From Phoronis australis (taxonomy: Eukaryota; Animalia; Phoronida): a DNA stretch of 64,000 nucleotides. Below, piece after piece: positions 51,290 to 64,000 of this stretch. The notes under the pieces are model-generated. The model was not told where the DNA came from. It was given only the letters and a program-made list of their open reading frames with translations, and ran no database searches. Numbering within the stretch: the stretch's first letter is position 1; the number at the start of each line of letters is the position of its first letter. The DNA is taken from contig NMRA01000839.1 in NCBI GenBank assembly GCA_002633005.1, positions 22,330 through 86,329 on the forward strand, given 5' to 3'. Made by a program: the position numbers and the translations under genes.

Positions 51290-54200
51290 TTACCAGTCCA
51301 ATGTATCTGTGCTCAATTTTAACTTGGGACTATTATCCGAGTAGAACTGCGAATACCATCGTCGATGGCGTGCGATCAACTCATCTTCCTTTGACCTTGA
51401 CATTGCTGGTCTGGCCAGTGCTCGTTTGCTGTTCCAGATCATTACGTCCCTCTCGAACTAGTAAAGCATGTACTAGGTGTTAGCATGTTGGGATTACCCA
51501 AACACAGTTATCAACATGTAAATCTATTGAGTTTTGAGAAAGAATGATAAAAATATTGGATCATATACGCCAATAAAACTGCAAGGGACATGAAAGCTCA
51601 TTCACTATAGGCTTCTTAATAACAACATACCTACTCTACACTTCACTCGCTCACAGCGCCCTCTCTTCAGAAATAACAATATTCAAGCGATAGTAAACTC
51701 TTTTACAGCGATACTACAGAGAGGAATAGACAATTTTCGTAATTCAGTAATTTATCGACGCCTGCACCTGAGTAGCGTACGTGTATTTCTGAACCTACAG
51801 GTCAGTCAGAATTACCGAATATTACTTCGTTCTTTAATCAATGGGAAGCCAGTTTCATGATCAGTTCGTACATGACAAGGAAAGACTGTATACATGGGGA
51901 TGAAGGGCCATCGTAAGGAAGCTTTTCACCTGAGCGCCACCTATCGTTTCATCCCTTTTATGAGAATACCCTCTAGGACGACGTTCCTTACCCACTAAGA
52001 AAGGTGTTATAATTAGTCAAGTAATGTTCCCAGTTTCGCCACAAAGAGATACCTTGTGAGAACTTACTGCAATATTCCAACATTCGGGTTTTTTCCAACT
52101 TTCTTAAACCGGAAGTGAATCCCAATTTTCTTAAGAGTTTGTTCTACTGGGATCATTTCAAAATTTCGACGATTCATTTGAATTGTAAAGTCACAAATAA
52201 GTTTAAGCCACATACGCGCTTACCTGCTGCGACTCAGCAAACATAATTAACTTTGAATACACAGTTGGCATAGACGAGTAGATCTGATGGCGCACGTGTT
52301 GTAGAAATGGCCCCATGGGAGTCACGTGGTGTAACATGATGGTCTTTCCGAAGTTTAAATGCACAATGCCAGGACCAATCTGAAATTACCGATCAAGCGC
52401 AGTAAGGCACGTGTGACAGCGATACCCTTCAACATTTTGTTCGCTGCGTTGTGGACTGGACTGTCCGTGGCCCCGTATAACATAGATTTTAAAGATGCAC
52501 GAATGCTCTCCCTGTTGTGGAAGATGAAATGTTTGGAAAACTAAAGCACGTGAATACCGTTTCTGAAAGATGTCGCCACCGACTGAAGAGGCCAAACTTT
52601 ACTCGAGACTGGATCACAATCTTCAGTTCAAACGCAGCTTCTTGAATGAAAAGGAAAACTTTTATATTTGCGTCCACAAACGGCGAAATACGAAATCATA
52701 GCACCAACAGTTTCAACGTGTCGTAGGCTCAGCGTCCATTTACATGTTGGCTAGCGTGAGCGTTAAAAATCATTTGCTACATTTGACCGACTTCGCGGTT
52801 CCGCGGGGTCTTCAGGCTAATAGATCTGATTGGTCTTAAGCCGTAGGTCATACCGGCCGAGGACTAATCTTAGTCGGTTAACCTGGCAAAACCGGCGAAG
52901 TCAATCAAGTGTATGAAGTGGCTTATGCCTACCAGGCGAATGACGTCAGCGTAGTTTGGTAAAATGTTCAAAACGAACCAAACGCCCCACGAACGCTACC
53001 CACTAGGTACTATGGTGGTTATTCCTGAGAACGTAGTTGATAGATAATTATGTTTCATTGGTATGTTCCATAGTTTACTGGAAGTTGCTTAGTGACCACC
53101 ACCAAGAGGAGGCCAGGCCAGTGGTTAGCTATTACACTATTTGAAAATATTCTGTAGGATACTAGACTATTAGTGCAGGATTGTGTAACATCGAGCCAGT
53201 CGGGCTGGAAATTTTAGAAACCTAGAACATATGTGAAGAGTTATTGGACAGAATCAGATTCCAGAACCAGAATATTGAAACCGAGACCTCTCGGTCAAGG
53301 GTCAAGGGAAGTCAGCAAACAAACCATTCAACCAAATTCACGATTCTGATCAGTTATGGTTGTTCAAGAAAAGATTTGTCAATAAACTCTAACCTAATGC
53401 ATTACCTGCGATACGTTTACAGGAATGGTGGACGGGGATATTCGAACACCGAAAAATTCCAGAGAGGCAGATACTTTCAGCACGCCGACGTGTTTCATTG
53501 GCGCCTCCTGAGCGGTCCATGATACATCATGAAAGTTGTGCTGTGTGAACGAATGCAGAACGTTGTACTTTTTGCGCAGGTCAGTTCCTGCCAAAATACT
53601 TTCCTTGTGAACGAAGTTGAGATGACCGAGATCAGCGCCGTTTTCTGGAATGTCCTGAAAACAAATCGTCAAACTCATCAATATGCCAGAAAAATAAACG
53701 AGCACTATCCTCACTCACCACGACACCCAAAACGAAAAGTTTAAGTCTACACAAGGTTATGATACAGACCCGTAGCCAGAGGGGTTGACCGAACCCCCCT
53801 CCAAGAAAAAGGTCCAGCCCCAGCCTATCCGATAGGATAAGATATGATTTAGATGGACAACAAAATTGTTGTAGCTACTAGTCTTATTAAACACAATCAT
53901 AAGCAAGTTACTATTAATTTTGAGTTTGCTTCCGATCTAAAGCGCTTTACATAATCACCGGGTCGTGTCCGGCCCGAGTGGTGACTGCGTAGATGACGAT
54001 CAAGGGAGGCTTTATGTTATTCATCGGCATTGAAACCTCTAGAACATAGGGTAACACGGGAGTCTAAAAGTACATGTAAACGTCTATGCCTAGACCAAAC
54101 TATATAGCATTGATAGAGCTCCCCAAAAGTAGTGCGGTGTGAATGCCTTAAAATCAACCAAGAAACAAAACAGCAGAAAATGGGTTTGTTATTTGCTACT

Positions 54201-57200
54201 TTGGTGTACTTTCTAGCATAGTACGGATAAAGTGCAGGCATTTTCAAATTTCGAATTGAAAGTGATCGTCAAATATCTTGTTCATCAAGTGTTCACTTTG
54301 ATTGCGGATTGACACGCATGCGTGTACAGGTTTGTGCGTTTCCGTTCTTTTAAATTCAGTACACGCTGACGGTAAGTTCGCTGACTACTCTGTCGTTTCT
54401 CAAAACTTAGTCATTTAGCTGTGACATTTTTTTTTGCACTGAGAAATCCCCGAATGTTCACATTATTAGGTGAGTCTAGACCTAATTAAAACCTTGGTCA
54501 ATGAAGAAAGTCTTCTATTGTTAATCAATGTCAATGGTGCACAGCCTCGTAGATTAGCCATACGAGCAACAATCTTGATGGAAGAGATTTCCAAGGTTAC
54601 ATGTCCGAAGGTTCACTGCTCCGAAGGTTCGCTACCTTCGAAAGTTCACTACTTGGAATGTCCAACATTCCGAAACCAGAACTCCGACAGTTCATTACTC
54701 TGATTTTCTAGTAATGATTCAGAACAGACATGAATAAAGTATTGTATTTGTGTTCATTTAATAACCATTTAAAGAGTGTGCAAGATTTCAATAGTCTCAA
54801 AATGTTTATTTACATTGTTTACAGAAGAGCTCAGTTCCAATCACTGGTAATCGTGATTCTTCAATTTAACTAGACTCATTCTCGATAAGGGACAACATCT
54901 GGGGCACGGGTCCGAGATGCGGCGACCAACGGTGGTTTTATATTTAAGAAGACTGAATGAGACTTCGTGAAGACTGACAGGGACAGGTTAGCCTACTAAC
55001 TACATTTAGTCTCCACCCGGCCGTACGATTAGTTCCGGTGGGTGAGGTTGAAGCGCAGCGGCCCTAAACTTTCTTGTCGCGCTGTGAGATGATGCGATCT
55101 TGACATGGGATTGATGAATGTATCGTGGTTGATAATTCATCAAAATTTCTTTAAATGCAAGTACGTACTCGTTTTTCCGTAACAGTAAGACATGCAAACA
55201 ATTTCACATGCACATGAAATCCAAACAAAGTGATTTACTAGCCGGGTGTATTGTTGTTGGTATACTTGCATCTAATAACCGAAGTGTCGTTTATTAATTT
55301 TTGCATGTAAAAGTACAACAGTTACACCTGAGTCAGAAATTTTAGACAATTTCGGAGTAGCAAACCTTCGGAGTGGTGAACATTCGAAGTAGTAAACCTT
55401 CGGCATAGTGGGCTGTTCTCATTTCCAGCGATGTAAGCAACTTTTAACAAAAATACAACCAGATGAAAAATTACGTCATCATTCTCCCACTAAATATTGC
55501 CGTCCAAGTATGTAATGGGGTGTAATCTCTCATTTAAAAAGCCCGATTTTAAAGTTTGGCAGGAGGTAACGCGAGAACGTTAGGCTTGTATTTATGGATT
55601 ACATTACGTCTCAATTTGAGTCCCGTTTCAGGGGCGGATCCAGGATTTTGAGTTAGGAGGGGGGAGGGCACGGAAGAGTAATAGCCAGGGTTTTGCCCGT
55701 CAGACATTCGGACCCATGAACTGCCAAATGGAATCTGGCATAATTTTAGGGGGGCATGGCCCCCTTGCCCCCNCCCCCTCTCTAAATCCACCACTGCGTT
55801 TTTTGCGAGCAACCGTCACGACATCCTCACTTCTGGTATTACCAATTCCGTCTTATCTCAGGGAGACATGGAGCTGAGAGCCATCGTTGCCGTGGATACA
55901 TTCCTGTCCCCATAATTAAGCTTCAAACGCCCTACCGAAAACTCGAGTGTCGACGTTTGAAAAAAGGTCCCCCTTTCTAGAAATTCGAACCACCCTCGCG
56001 CAATGCTGGCTACGGGCCTGCGATATACCACACTAAGTATATGAAAGTCTATACTCTACCGTTTCTAAACCACTCAATATAGGTGTGCCTCAACGTAATA
56101 CAGATACCTTTCGATGTCGTTAGCGGGTCATACACGGCATCGGCAACGACGACAATCATAAACAACAAACAACAAAAAAATGGCAGGCCAATAGTTTTGA
56201 CCAGGTTACCCAGTCCTGCCATTACTGGACATTATTTGATACCAACCATAGATGGTCATTCACTCCAAGATTGGGCTGATTCATACCAATAATAATACAC
56301 ACAACTATCAAGTAACGGAAGGAAATGCCAACAACTGCGCAGACGTAGAGAATCACGAAGAGACGAATAAAGTTTTGACCAATAATAATAATGATAATGA
56401 TAAACTTAATATATAGAGGATCAATTACAATAGATATTAAAAACATGCTTTAGCCAAAGGCTAATATACGGCACGGTCCTCTTACCTTCAAACGTTTAAA
56501 AATTTTTTTGATTCTGAAAATACGTAACTACTTGCAACGCTGTAATAGAAGCCCACCTGGATATGGCACGTGACAAAATGTTCAGTTCGACCTCCGTAGG
56601 AATATACACCGTCCCTCATCTCGTCAATGACAGGCGGATACCACGTGGGCTCTGTATCTTCGGCGTGGTACCAAAGATACACGTGATCATTGCATTCCAA
56701 GACTTTGTAAGACTTAACTTTAGCGATGGACGGAACTGAATATGCAAAAAAATAGTTCTGTGTAATAATACTCTACAAATGCTTAGACGTTAGGTTAAAA
56801 TTCGTAATTCATAAAATGCTGGCGTGACTCATTTGAATAAAACGCTAATATATGAATTATGTATCTAAACGACCTTTTAAATTTACGACTCGGTGCGCGC
56901 ATGTTTTGGAAGACAATACGAAGTCCGCCATTGTCAAGTAATTGCAGATAACGCAGTGTGGATTCATCCAACAAACATAACCATATTCAAAGTTAGCCTG
57001 CATAAATTCAATGGACGGTAATTCATCACACAACGTCAATGCGCATGTTTGTGTGTGATAAACGAAGAGATTTTTAAAGCATATTAAACCTTTTTTTCAA
57101 CCAATCCTCTTTACGTCACCTGCTAATGCAGCATTTTCGTCAATCTTGAAAGATAAATGCAGCAGTCAACTAAAAACTCATACCGCCCATCTCACAAATC

Positions 57201-60039
57201 GAACATTAGGATCCATGGTGGGTGGTCTTTTCCCCCAGTGTCTGTAATTTGCTAAAATCATAGGTCACGCTTTCCCCTTTAGTAGATTTTGGAAAGAGTA
57301 CTCGATTCCTCAAAAGTTTGAGCGTTGTCGAGGGTAACAGAGCATTATTTTGTTTGGGAGAACTGCATAGGAAAATTGTTTCTAGTATCTGTTAATTGAA
57401 TAAAAAACGGATTTTGTATCCTTTTAAACAAGTTCACGCTGAGCTCATCTGTGCCTGACAGAGATGTAAACCTGTCGACCATTTCCGATCACATTGTAAC
57501 ATAAATCTATGTCGTATAGTTAACCTTCATCAGTTCTCGTTGATTTCGATAACCACTTAGGTGTGACAAGATCTTTAATTACTCACTTTTTTCAGCATAC
57601 GGTATACTCGTGCATTGTCCGTCGTGACCTCTAAATTTCCAACCGTGGAAGGGGCACTCTATGCAGTCGCCAAACACCCGACCTCCCACTGTCAGGTCAG
57701 CACCCATGTGTGGACAGGTAGAATCGATGGCGTGAACCTCGCCACTCTCATCTCGGAAGACTGCCAGAGAAAGACCTATAGCACAAATGAAGATAACTAA
57801 TTTAAAAAAAGTTATGAAGGCAATATTAGAATCTGAAATCAAGCGTGTTTTTTTGTTTTCACTTCTTACTGAAATTTATTCACTGGATAAACCTGTTAGG
57901 AGCTAGTATTGAGGTAAGCATTGCCAGATGTAATACTGGGTTAACCTAGAGGACTAGATAGAGTTATAGTCCGTTGCTAGATGTAATACTGGGTTAACCT
58001 AGAGGATTAGCTAAAGTTCTAGTCCATAAAACTTTTCATTAATGTTAGATAATATCCAGATATTTTGAACCCCTTGCTTATTGTTGAGATCAGTGGGTAC
58101 CTTATAAAGTAAACTGCCACTGACTGCAGGAGGAAGATGTCGACAACCAAAACGTGACAACGAATCAGACGGTCACAAATGTCCGGCAAGATTGAAGAAG
58201 TGAAAACTAAATTGGAATTTGGTTATAAAGAGCGCACAACGTCACAGGTTCTCAGCTGCCACGTGCACTTTAATAGCAAAGATAACGCTTTCTGGGAATC
58301 TGAGACTTCTGTTCTGCGACGCCAGGTATTTGTGAGGAAAAACGGGGAGATCACGTGCTTCGCTTGTAATGCATGACAATATTTGGATTTGGTAGACGTA
58401 CGCGGTTTCGCCAAACTCGCAAGAAACCATCCTCACGGAACCAACCCGGCTCCATCAGTCGATAAAATCATGTACACGTAAAATATCTTATTGTCTGTGA
58501 AAATGATTTATTTGTATTTGTAATCATATGTCATTGTAATCTTAACATCTGTTTATTAATTTATGTATTTGTGTATAATTGTATATGAATTTCTTTGTAT
58601 TAGTTTAGCCCAGATACAAAGATACAATATCTCTTGTCGCTTTCTGGGTCTGTATATTTATTCTACTGAGTATTTCATTATAAACATTCAAAAAAGCAGC
58701 TCCATCTTTGTGACAAGTATTCGAGAGACATGCCCTCCCAAGCAACTCAGTGCAACAAAGGAGAGACGCCCGCCTTCATCGATGACAAAATCTAAGGGTG
58801 TAATAGCCAGGTCCCCCGAGTTACGTAAAAGTTATACATTGTATTATATCGAGAGTTATGCAGCATTTTTTGAACAACGCATTTTACGACATCCAACAGT
58901 GCAACTTATCCAGCGGACACGCCGTATATAGCCAGGCCCTTGTCGTGATTAATATCGGATAATTAGCCAACAAAGATTTATTGCTTTTTAAAAGCGGTTG
59001 TAATCCCACCGCCCAATGTAAAAGGCAACTCTGATTTCATTCAATTACTGGCCTGAAATCGGTTTCAAATTGTTCCTTAGTTCGTGAAGCTTTGATATCA
59101 GGCTGTACGAGCTGGCTTGTAACGGTGTGTCCTTTTACGTGCACACCATGCACTCAAAGACAATCCAACTGTCAATTTTTGTAAAATAACATGAAAATCA
59201 CTTCTCATTCGAGAATAGAACAGAGATCAAAGTACAGTGGCAAGTGGCCTAAACCAAAAGTTTGCTATTCGGACGGGACGCGGTTTTACACTACCGCTTT
59301 AAATAACAGTTCGTCTATTACCTAAATAATCTGCTCTTGTAATTTCACCTGCCTTGAGAAAACGAGATTCTGCGATACAAAACCAGCCGTTGGGAAACAC
59401 CGGAAGTTCACAATCTCCGTCCCCAGACTGTTTCTTCTTTCGAAAAACCTGAAACAAAAGAAACGCATTCTTGAATACGTCCACAGTGTATAATGCCTCC
59501 AACAATCTGAGAAAATTATCCACCAAATGGTCTTGGAAAGGAGTAATTTGGTGACAAAGCGGTATAGTAAAGCGTGAATCGTTAAAACCAGTGACGGTAC
59601 ACACTATAGGGTTCGGAGCCTGCATAATACTTTGACTACACCGTAAATCTGCAGTTAAGGGAAACAAAGGTAAGACAACATTAGTTCTCCACAAAACAAA
59701 ACAATTCAAAACTATATGTTCGTTTCCCAACGTGCTATTCACACTAGCCATGATACTTTCGCTCAGTCTCGCTTTAAGCGTTATACATACCATATTTGCC
59801 AACTCTTTTTTTGACAGGAGAGACTGTCCAACTCCGGGCACATACGAGACGTCTTCAAGCTTCATTCGGCGGTCAATAGGAACAAACAATAAGTGATAGA
59901 GCGCCATCACAATCACTACAGTTAACACAACCGCCATCATTTCTGTGATCGAGTGTTGTGTAACATAGTCTACAGCATCCATGCAACCTTGGCTCGTGAT
60001 TAACCACAGTTTACAAAGTGCAGTCGTGACAAACTGCAT
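51290..60039 (-). CDS. nvd: Neverland/DAF-36 cholesterol 7-desaturase (Rieske non-heme iron oxygenase), ~438 aa, 7 exons
   Basis: Exons 60039-59791 (TM), 59448-59322 (LPVFPNGWF), 57775-57587 (Rieske CPHMGA...CPFHGW), 56735-56557 ([14 protein letters not shown]), 53654-53406 ([16 protein letters not shown] iron motif), 52379-52224 (IGPGIV..VTP), 51457-51290 ([31 protein letters not shown]). All GT-AG and phase-consistent. Confidence 0.95.
53765..56020. mobile_element. ~2.25-kb non-autonomous DNA transposon in nvd intron 4, with nested elements
   Basis: TIRs CAGACCCGTAGCCAG ... CTGGCTACGGGCCTG. Inside: inverted CCGAAGGTTCACT arrays (~54600-54700 versus ~55350-55410) and a GGGGCGGATCC MITE (55629-55796). 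Confidence 0.6.
57085..57426. mobile_element. Dispersed repeat, same family as 38720-39074
   Basis: Colinear similarity; ends TTTTGTATCCTTTTAA. Confidence 0.75.
57921..58025. repeat. Tandem duplication of ~52 bp
   Basis: TTGCYAGATGTAATACTGGGTTAACCTAGAGGA...TAGTCC twice. Confidence 0.85.
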
Positions 60040-60519
60040 CTTTTCAGTTCCCGTGAGCTTTCTTCTCAACTTTTGACTGTGGACATGCGTAGTGGTTTAA
60101 CAGAAGCCAATGGTTTCAAACTACTAAGCTTTTAAGTCGCACACAAAACTATCCTTGTTTCAACAGGCTTGGCAACTGGACACCGCAGTGAAGAACTAGA
60201 AAGCGTTCTTCCTCGTTATGAAGACATTTCTGAGAAATCGTATCCCGCACGCTCAGTTTGTTCTGTACGAATAATTATCTAAAAAAGGAGAACATATTTT
60301 AATACGTGCTTTGTGTGAAAGACTCGAGTTCTAAGCACTCTTAAGGGCGTGTTACACTGACATAAAATGTAACTTCATGTCGTTTTTTGCACAAAGTCCA
60401 AACGGAAACCAATTGTAAGCAGGCATAAGTATCACAACAAGCTGACAAAAGGTCGTAAAATTATGATATTTTAGTGAAACAGGCCCCAGAATATTGCATT
60501 CTCGTATGTAAGACCAACC

Positions 60520-61550
60520 GGGGCGTGTCGACAGATGTTCCGGAACAACTGTTTGGAGATCAACAGTTGTAATTGTGCCTAGAGCACGTACGATTAACTC
60601 ACTAGGGGTCGCCACAGTAGTCGAACCCATGCGAAAAATCAGTGTCATCTGGGGACTTTCAATCATAATGATCCTTTTAATGCTTGAGCAGCTAGATGTA
60701 GGGAGGTGGATATCAAAAAAACATAGTGAAACTTTTTCAAATTACCAGCAGGTAGCACAGAACACGTCAAACCTGTCCGAAAATGGGATGGCGCCATTGT
60801 CTCTTTCATAGATCAAACTAATAAATGCAAAATTTTATGAAAATTCTACCAGGAACTCGGAAGATACTGAAGGAGAAGCAAAATAATAGAACTGCCAATA
60901 GGGGACGCAATTGCAGTCGGAGTGGTCTGAAACTCGTCGTCATCTGATATCATTATCTCGATTGGAACGTATCTGCCAAATTTCACAAAGCCCCTCCAAA
61001 TAGTTTGGAGATAAAGCCGTAGACGCAAAAATTTCCACTAGGAGTCGCCGCAGTTGTCGAACCTGTCCGAAAATCATTGTCAGTTTTAGTCTTCTCATAA
61101 GAAACTCATATGCCAAGTTCATGAAAAATGAATCTTTGAGAAATTTGGCAGATGTGGAAGTCAAAAACGTGATCAAGTGTTTTTAAAATTGCCATCAGGT
61201 GGAGCAGGAGACGCCAAATCCGTTTAAAAACAGGAAGGCATCATAGTATCTTTAATAGAAACCTATCTACTAAATTTCATGCAAGTCCTTCATGGACCTC
61301 CAAATATACCGATGCAAACGTAAAAACCTAAAATTGCCACTAGAGGGCAATGCAGCAGCAGAATCAATCCGAAATTCGTGGTCTTCTGTCGTCGGCTATG
61401 TGCATCTGTAAAATCTCATTATGATCCTTTAAAAGGTTAAGGATATTCGGCCGCAGACGCAAAAAAATAAAACAAAACCGCTACAAAGGCGACACAGTAG
61501 TCGGACCCTTCCAAACGCAAACATCGGGATTGCGTCACAGCCAACAATGC
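60520..61550. repeat. Old, highly diverged tandem array upstream of nvd
   Basis: Recurrent CAGTWGTCGRACC..CCGAAA, AAATTTCA and AAATTGCCA/CCACTAG motifs (e.g. ~60615, 60915, 61051, 61495). Confidence 0.55.
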
Positions 61551-62825
61551 ATGTATGACGCAGAACTATATATGCGGGTGATAATTCACATTCACCTCGC
61601 TTTGCGAAACCTCTCTAGTATACAAAGGACACACAGAATAAGATCAGACACTGTAAACTGTATCCAGGTTGTTGTATGCGTTTCCATATGGCACGGAAGC
61701 CATTTTAAGTGATCTTTGATGTTGATGAAATGGGAGACTAAAGGATTGTCTCAGGCAACATGGCAAACACGAATAGACACTCTCAACTGACAAATCGCTC
61801 ATGTCGCTGATCTTGAAAATTCTTGTCCATTTATGTCTAAGCATTTTTATTAAACGCTTAAAGCAATTTCACGCGAAAATGGCAGAATGCCTATCGAACG
61901 CGCATGCATGCATAGACGGGTACAGAAGGAACCAGGGCACCTGACCCCCTTCAACTAGAGTTCATAAAAACAACAATGACATGTGCAAGCCTAGACTCAA
62001 TAGGCAACTGGTAGACCACAGGTTGTCATTGTTAGTCTAGTCTATTGTTAATCCTCTGTAACTGATTGTGTCTGTGTTTCATTACTTGTTGTTGGGCCTA
62101 GCAAGATGGCTACTGTGTTTTTTCTTCTGATGGTTTTTCAATAAACGCCGAAACGTGTCAAGCCAGTTTAAATCAGTCGCTGTTTTTGTTAACATATATG
62201 CTGCTACTTGACATCATGGGGGAAGTGGGATCTATAGACCACAAGAGAATAAACGATTTCTTTTTTATTTCTATAGACAATTGGGTGAAAAGAACCCGAA
62301 ACCGAATTTCTACTCTATGTTTTCGAACTCTCTTCAAAAGATCTACCATTGTTTTACTCTGATTTTCCTTTCCGTAAAAGCTAGACTCGCCTTTGACTAA
62401 GACTGATGCCACGTGTTGATTATGCTGAGATGTTGAAAATCGCTTTTAGCCTTGTCTACACACTCTGAATATCGGGAACGACTTGATCAACTTTCGCATA
62501 AAGAAATAGGTCATTACCTACAGAACTCTGATTATCCTATTCGATTTCATGCGCGAATTATGCCATTAGTATGGAGCGCCATGAGCCGCATTGTGTTGCT
62601 AAATTGAAGCATTTGCCATTCATGGTTAATCGATACTATTGTTAATGTTTCAGGGTGAGCAACAAATGCTACCTCCTATTCTGGTTTCAAGCTATGTTGC
62701 CAAACTACTAGCAACTGAGTTAGACAATCACAAATAGTCGTTTGTAATTCCCTAGTTCTCTATGCCTGAACACAGCGACACTCTCGTTAGGCCTAATAAT
62801 TCCCAGTACCCTACAACTAAATGAC

Positions 62826-63047
62826 CACACTGAGTGGGCCACGTAATGCACAGAACCTCATATTCTGGTGACCACGCTGACTGGGCCCCGTTGCGCAGAA
62901 CCTCATACCCTGGTGACCACGCTGACTGGGCCAGGTGTTGCACAGAACCTCATACCCTGGTAACCACGCTGACTGGGCCAGGTGTTGCGCAAAACCTCAT
63001 ACTCTGGAGGCCACGCTGGCTGGGCCATGCGTTGCCCAGAACCCCAT
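62826..63047. repeat. Minisatellite, 45-47 bp unit (GCACAGAACCTCATACCCTGGTGACCACGCTGACTGGGCCAGGTGTT), ~5 copies
   Basis: Direct tandem repetition. Confidence 0.9.
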
Positions 63048-64000
63048 AGTCTGCATGGGAATCGTTATTAAAACATGTTAAGTCCGCCAAATCCAACATT
63101 TTGACCTACAGCAGACCCTGTAGTTCACTTGTGTGACATAAAATTGGCCAGCGCCCTTCTGAGTGGAGCGAAAGCGAAATTGTTACGGGTTTATCGCAAA
63201 CTACAAGTTTTGTTTAACATTTGAGCTCAAAACTACATCGTGTGTGGGAAGTACCTGTAAATATACGTTATATACGTTACATACGTTATGTCAGTTGTCA
63301 CGTTCGACTCCTCGACTGGTAGACACGAGATTCATATAGTTGGTAGGTCGATCAAGCAAATGCGAGGTTTGCTGACAGTCAAACTGAAGTAAGTCAATTA
63401 CCTTTGGAAGACATCTGCTCGTGCACGGATAGATTGACGGCAAATTACAAAAGCGGAGATGGGAAAGTGAAGATTGCGACAAAACTGGTGGTCAGACACT
63501 GCCATTCAAAAGAAATGCGGGTGAAACTAATTTGCAATAAATATGTCACCGTGACCTTTCGTTCAAATTTGAGTAAGCAAAAAATGTTTAGTTTGTATTT
63601 CTGACTAAAGCAGATAGCCTAGGAGAAGGCGCGGCGGTGACAAACTCAACAGATGGTATTAGACAACTGCAGGTAGCAAAAAAGGTTCGCTACGATGCGA
63701 CATACATGTAAATTATCCCACTTCTATAGTCACCCGGGAGAGAACATCTCCGATAATACACTGATCACTGATCTCCCGGCTGGCAATTTCTGTCGGTAGC
63801 GTTCATTGCACATATTGGCTCACCCGGGGGGGTGACAACATGTCGTGTGCGACAATACGTTAATGTTCTTACAGTAGTGTCATATACTGTCACCCCCCCG
63901 TATGCAGCATGAGATTGCATGGCACAGTACGTCTAGACCAACGCGATGATACTCCCTGTAGACAAGGGCGATACACCGTGTAAACACGGGTGAATCCAAC

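Overview
Animal (marine-invertebrate-like) genomic DNA with spliceosomal introns, many transposon remnants and several N gaps. Four multi-exon genes can be reconstructed by hand. (1) The 5' part of roquin (RC3H1/2-like, minus strand), which runs off the left edge. (2) A complete neprilysin/ECE-like M13 gene (minus, ~11.3-25.5 kb, ~805 aa). Its frame is intact, but nearly all zinc-binding and catalytic motifs are degenerate, and one intron apparently starts with AT. (3) A single-domain GH1 beta-glycosidase with signal peptide and GPI-like tail (plus, 30.7-44.7 kb, ~525 aa). (4) A neverland/DAF-36 cholesterol 7-desaturase Rieske oxygenase (minus, 51.3-60.0 kb, ~438 aa), whose first intron is fully open in frame. 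Intergenic and intronic DNA holds L2/Crack-like, RNase H-bearing, Tx1/L1-like and Penelope-like retroelement fragments, nested MITEs, a tRNA-derived SINE and minisatellites. Two near-identical duplications abut N gaps and are probably unmerged haplotypes; one carries a copy-specific ~1.4-kb palindrome. No prokaryote-type system (CRISPR etc.) is present. All coordinates and homologies were read by eye, without database searches.
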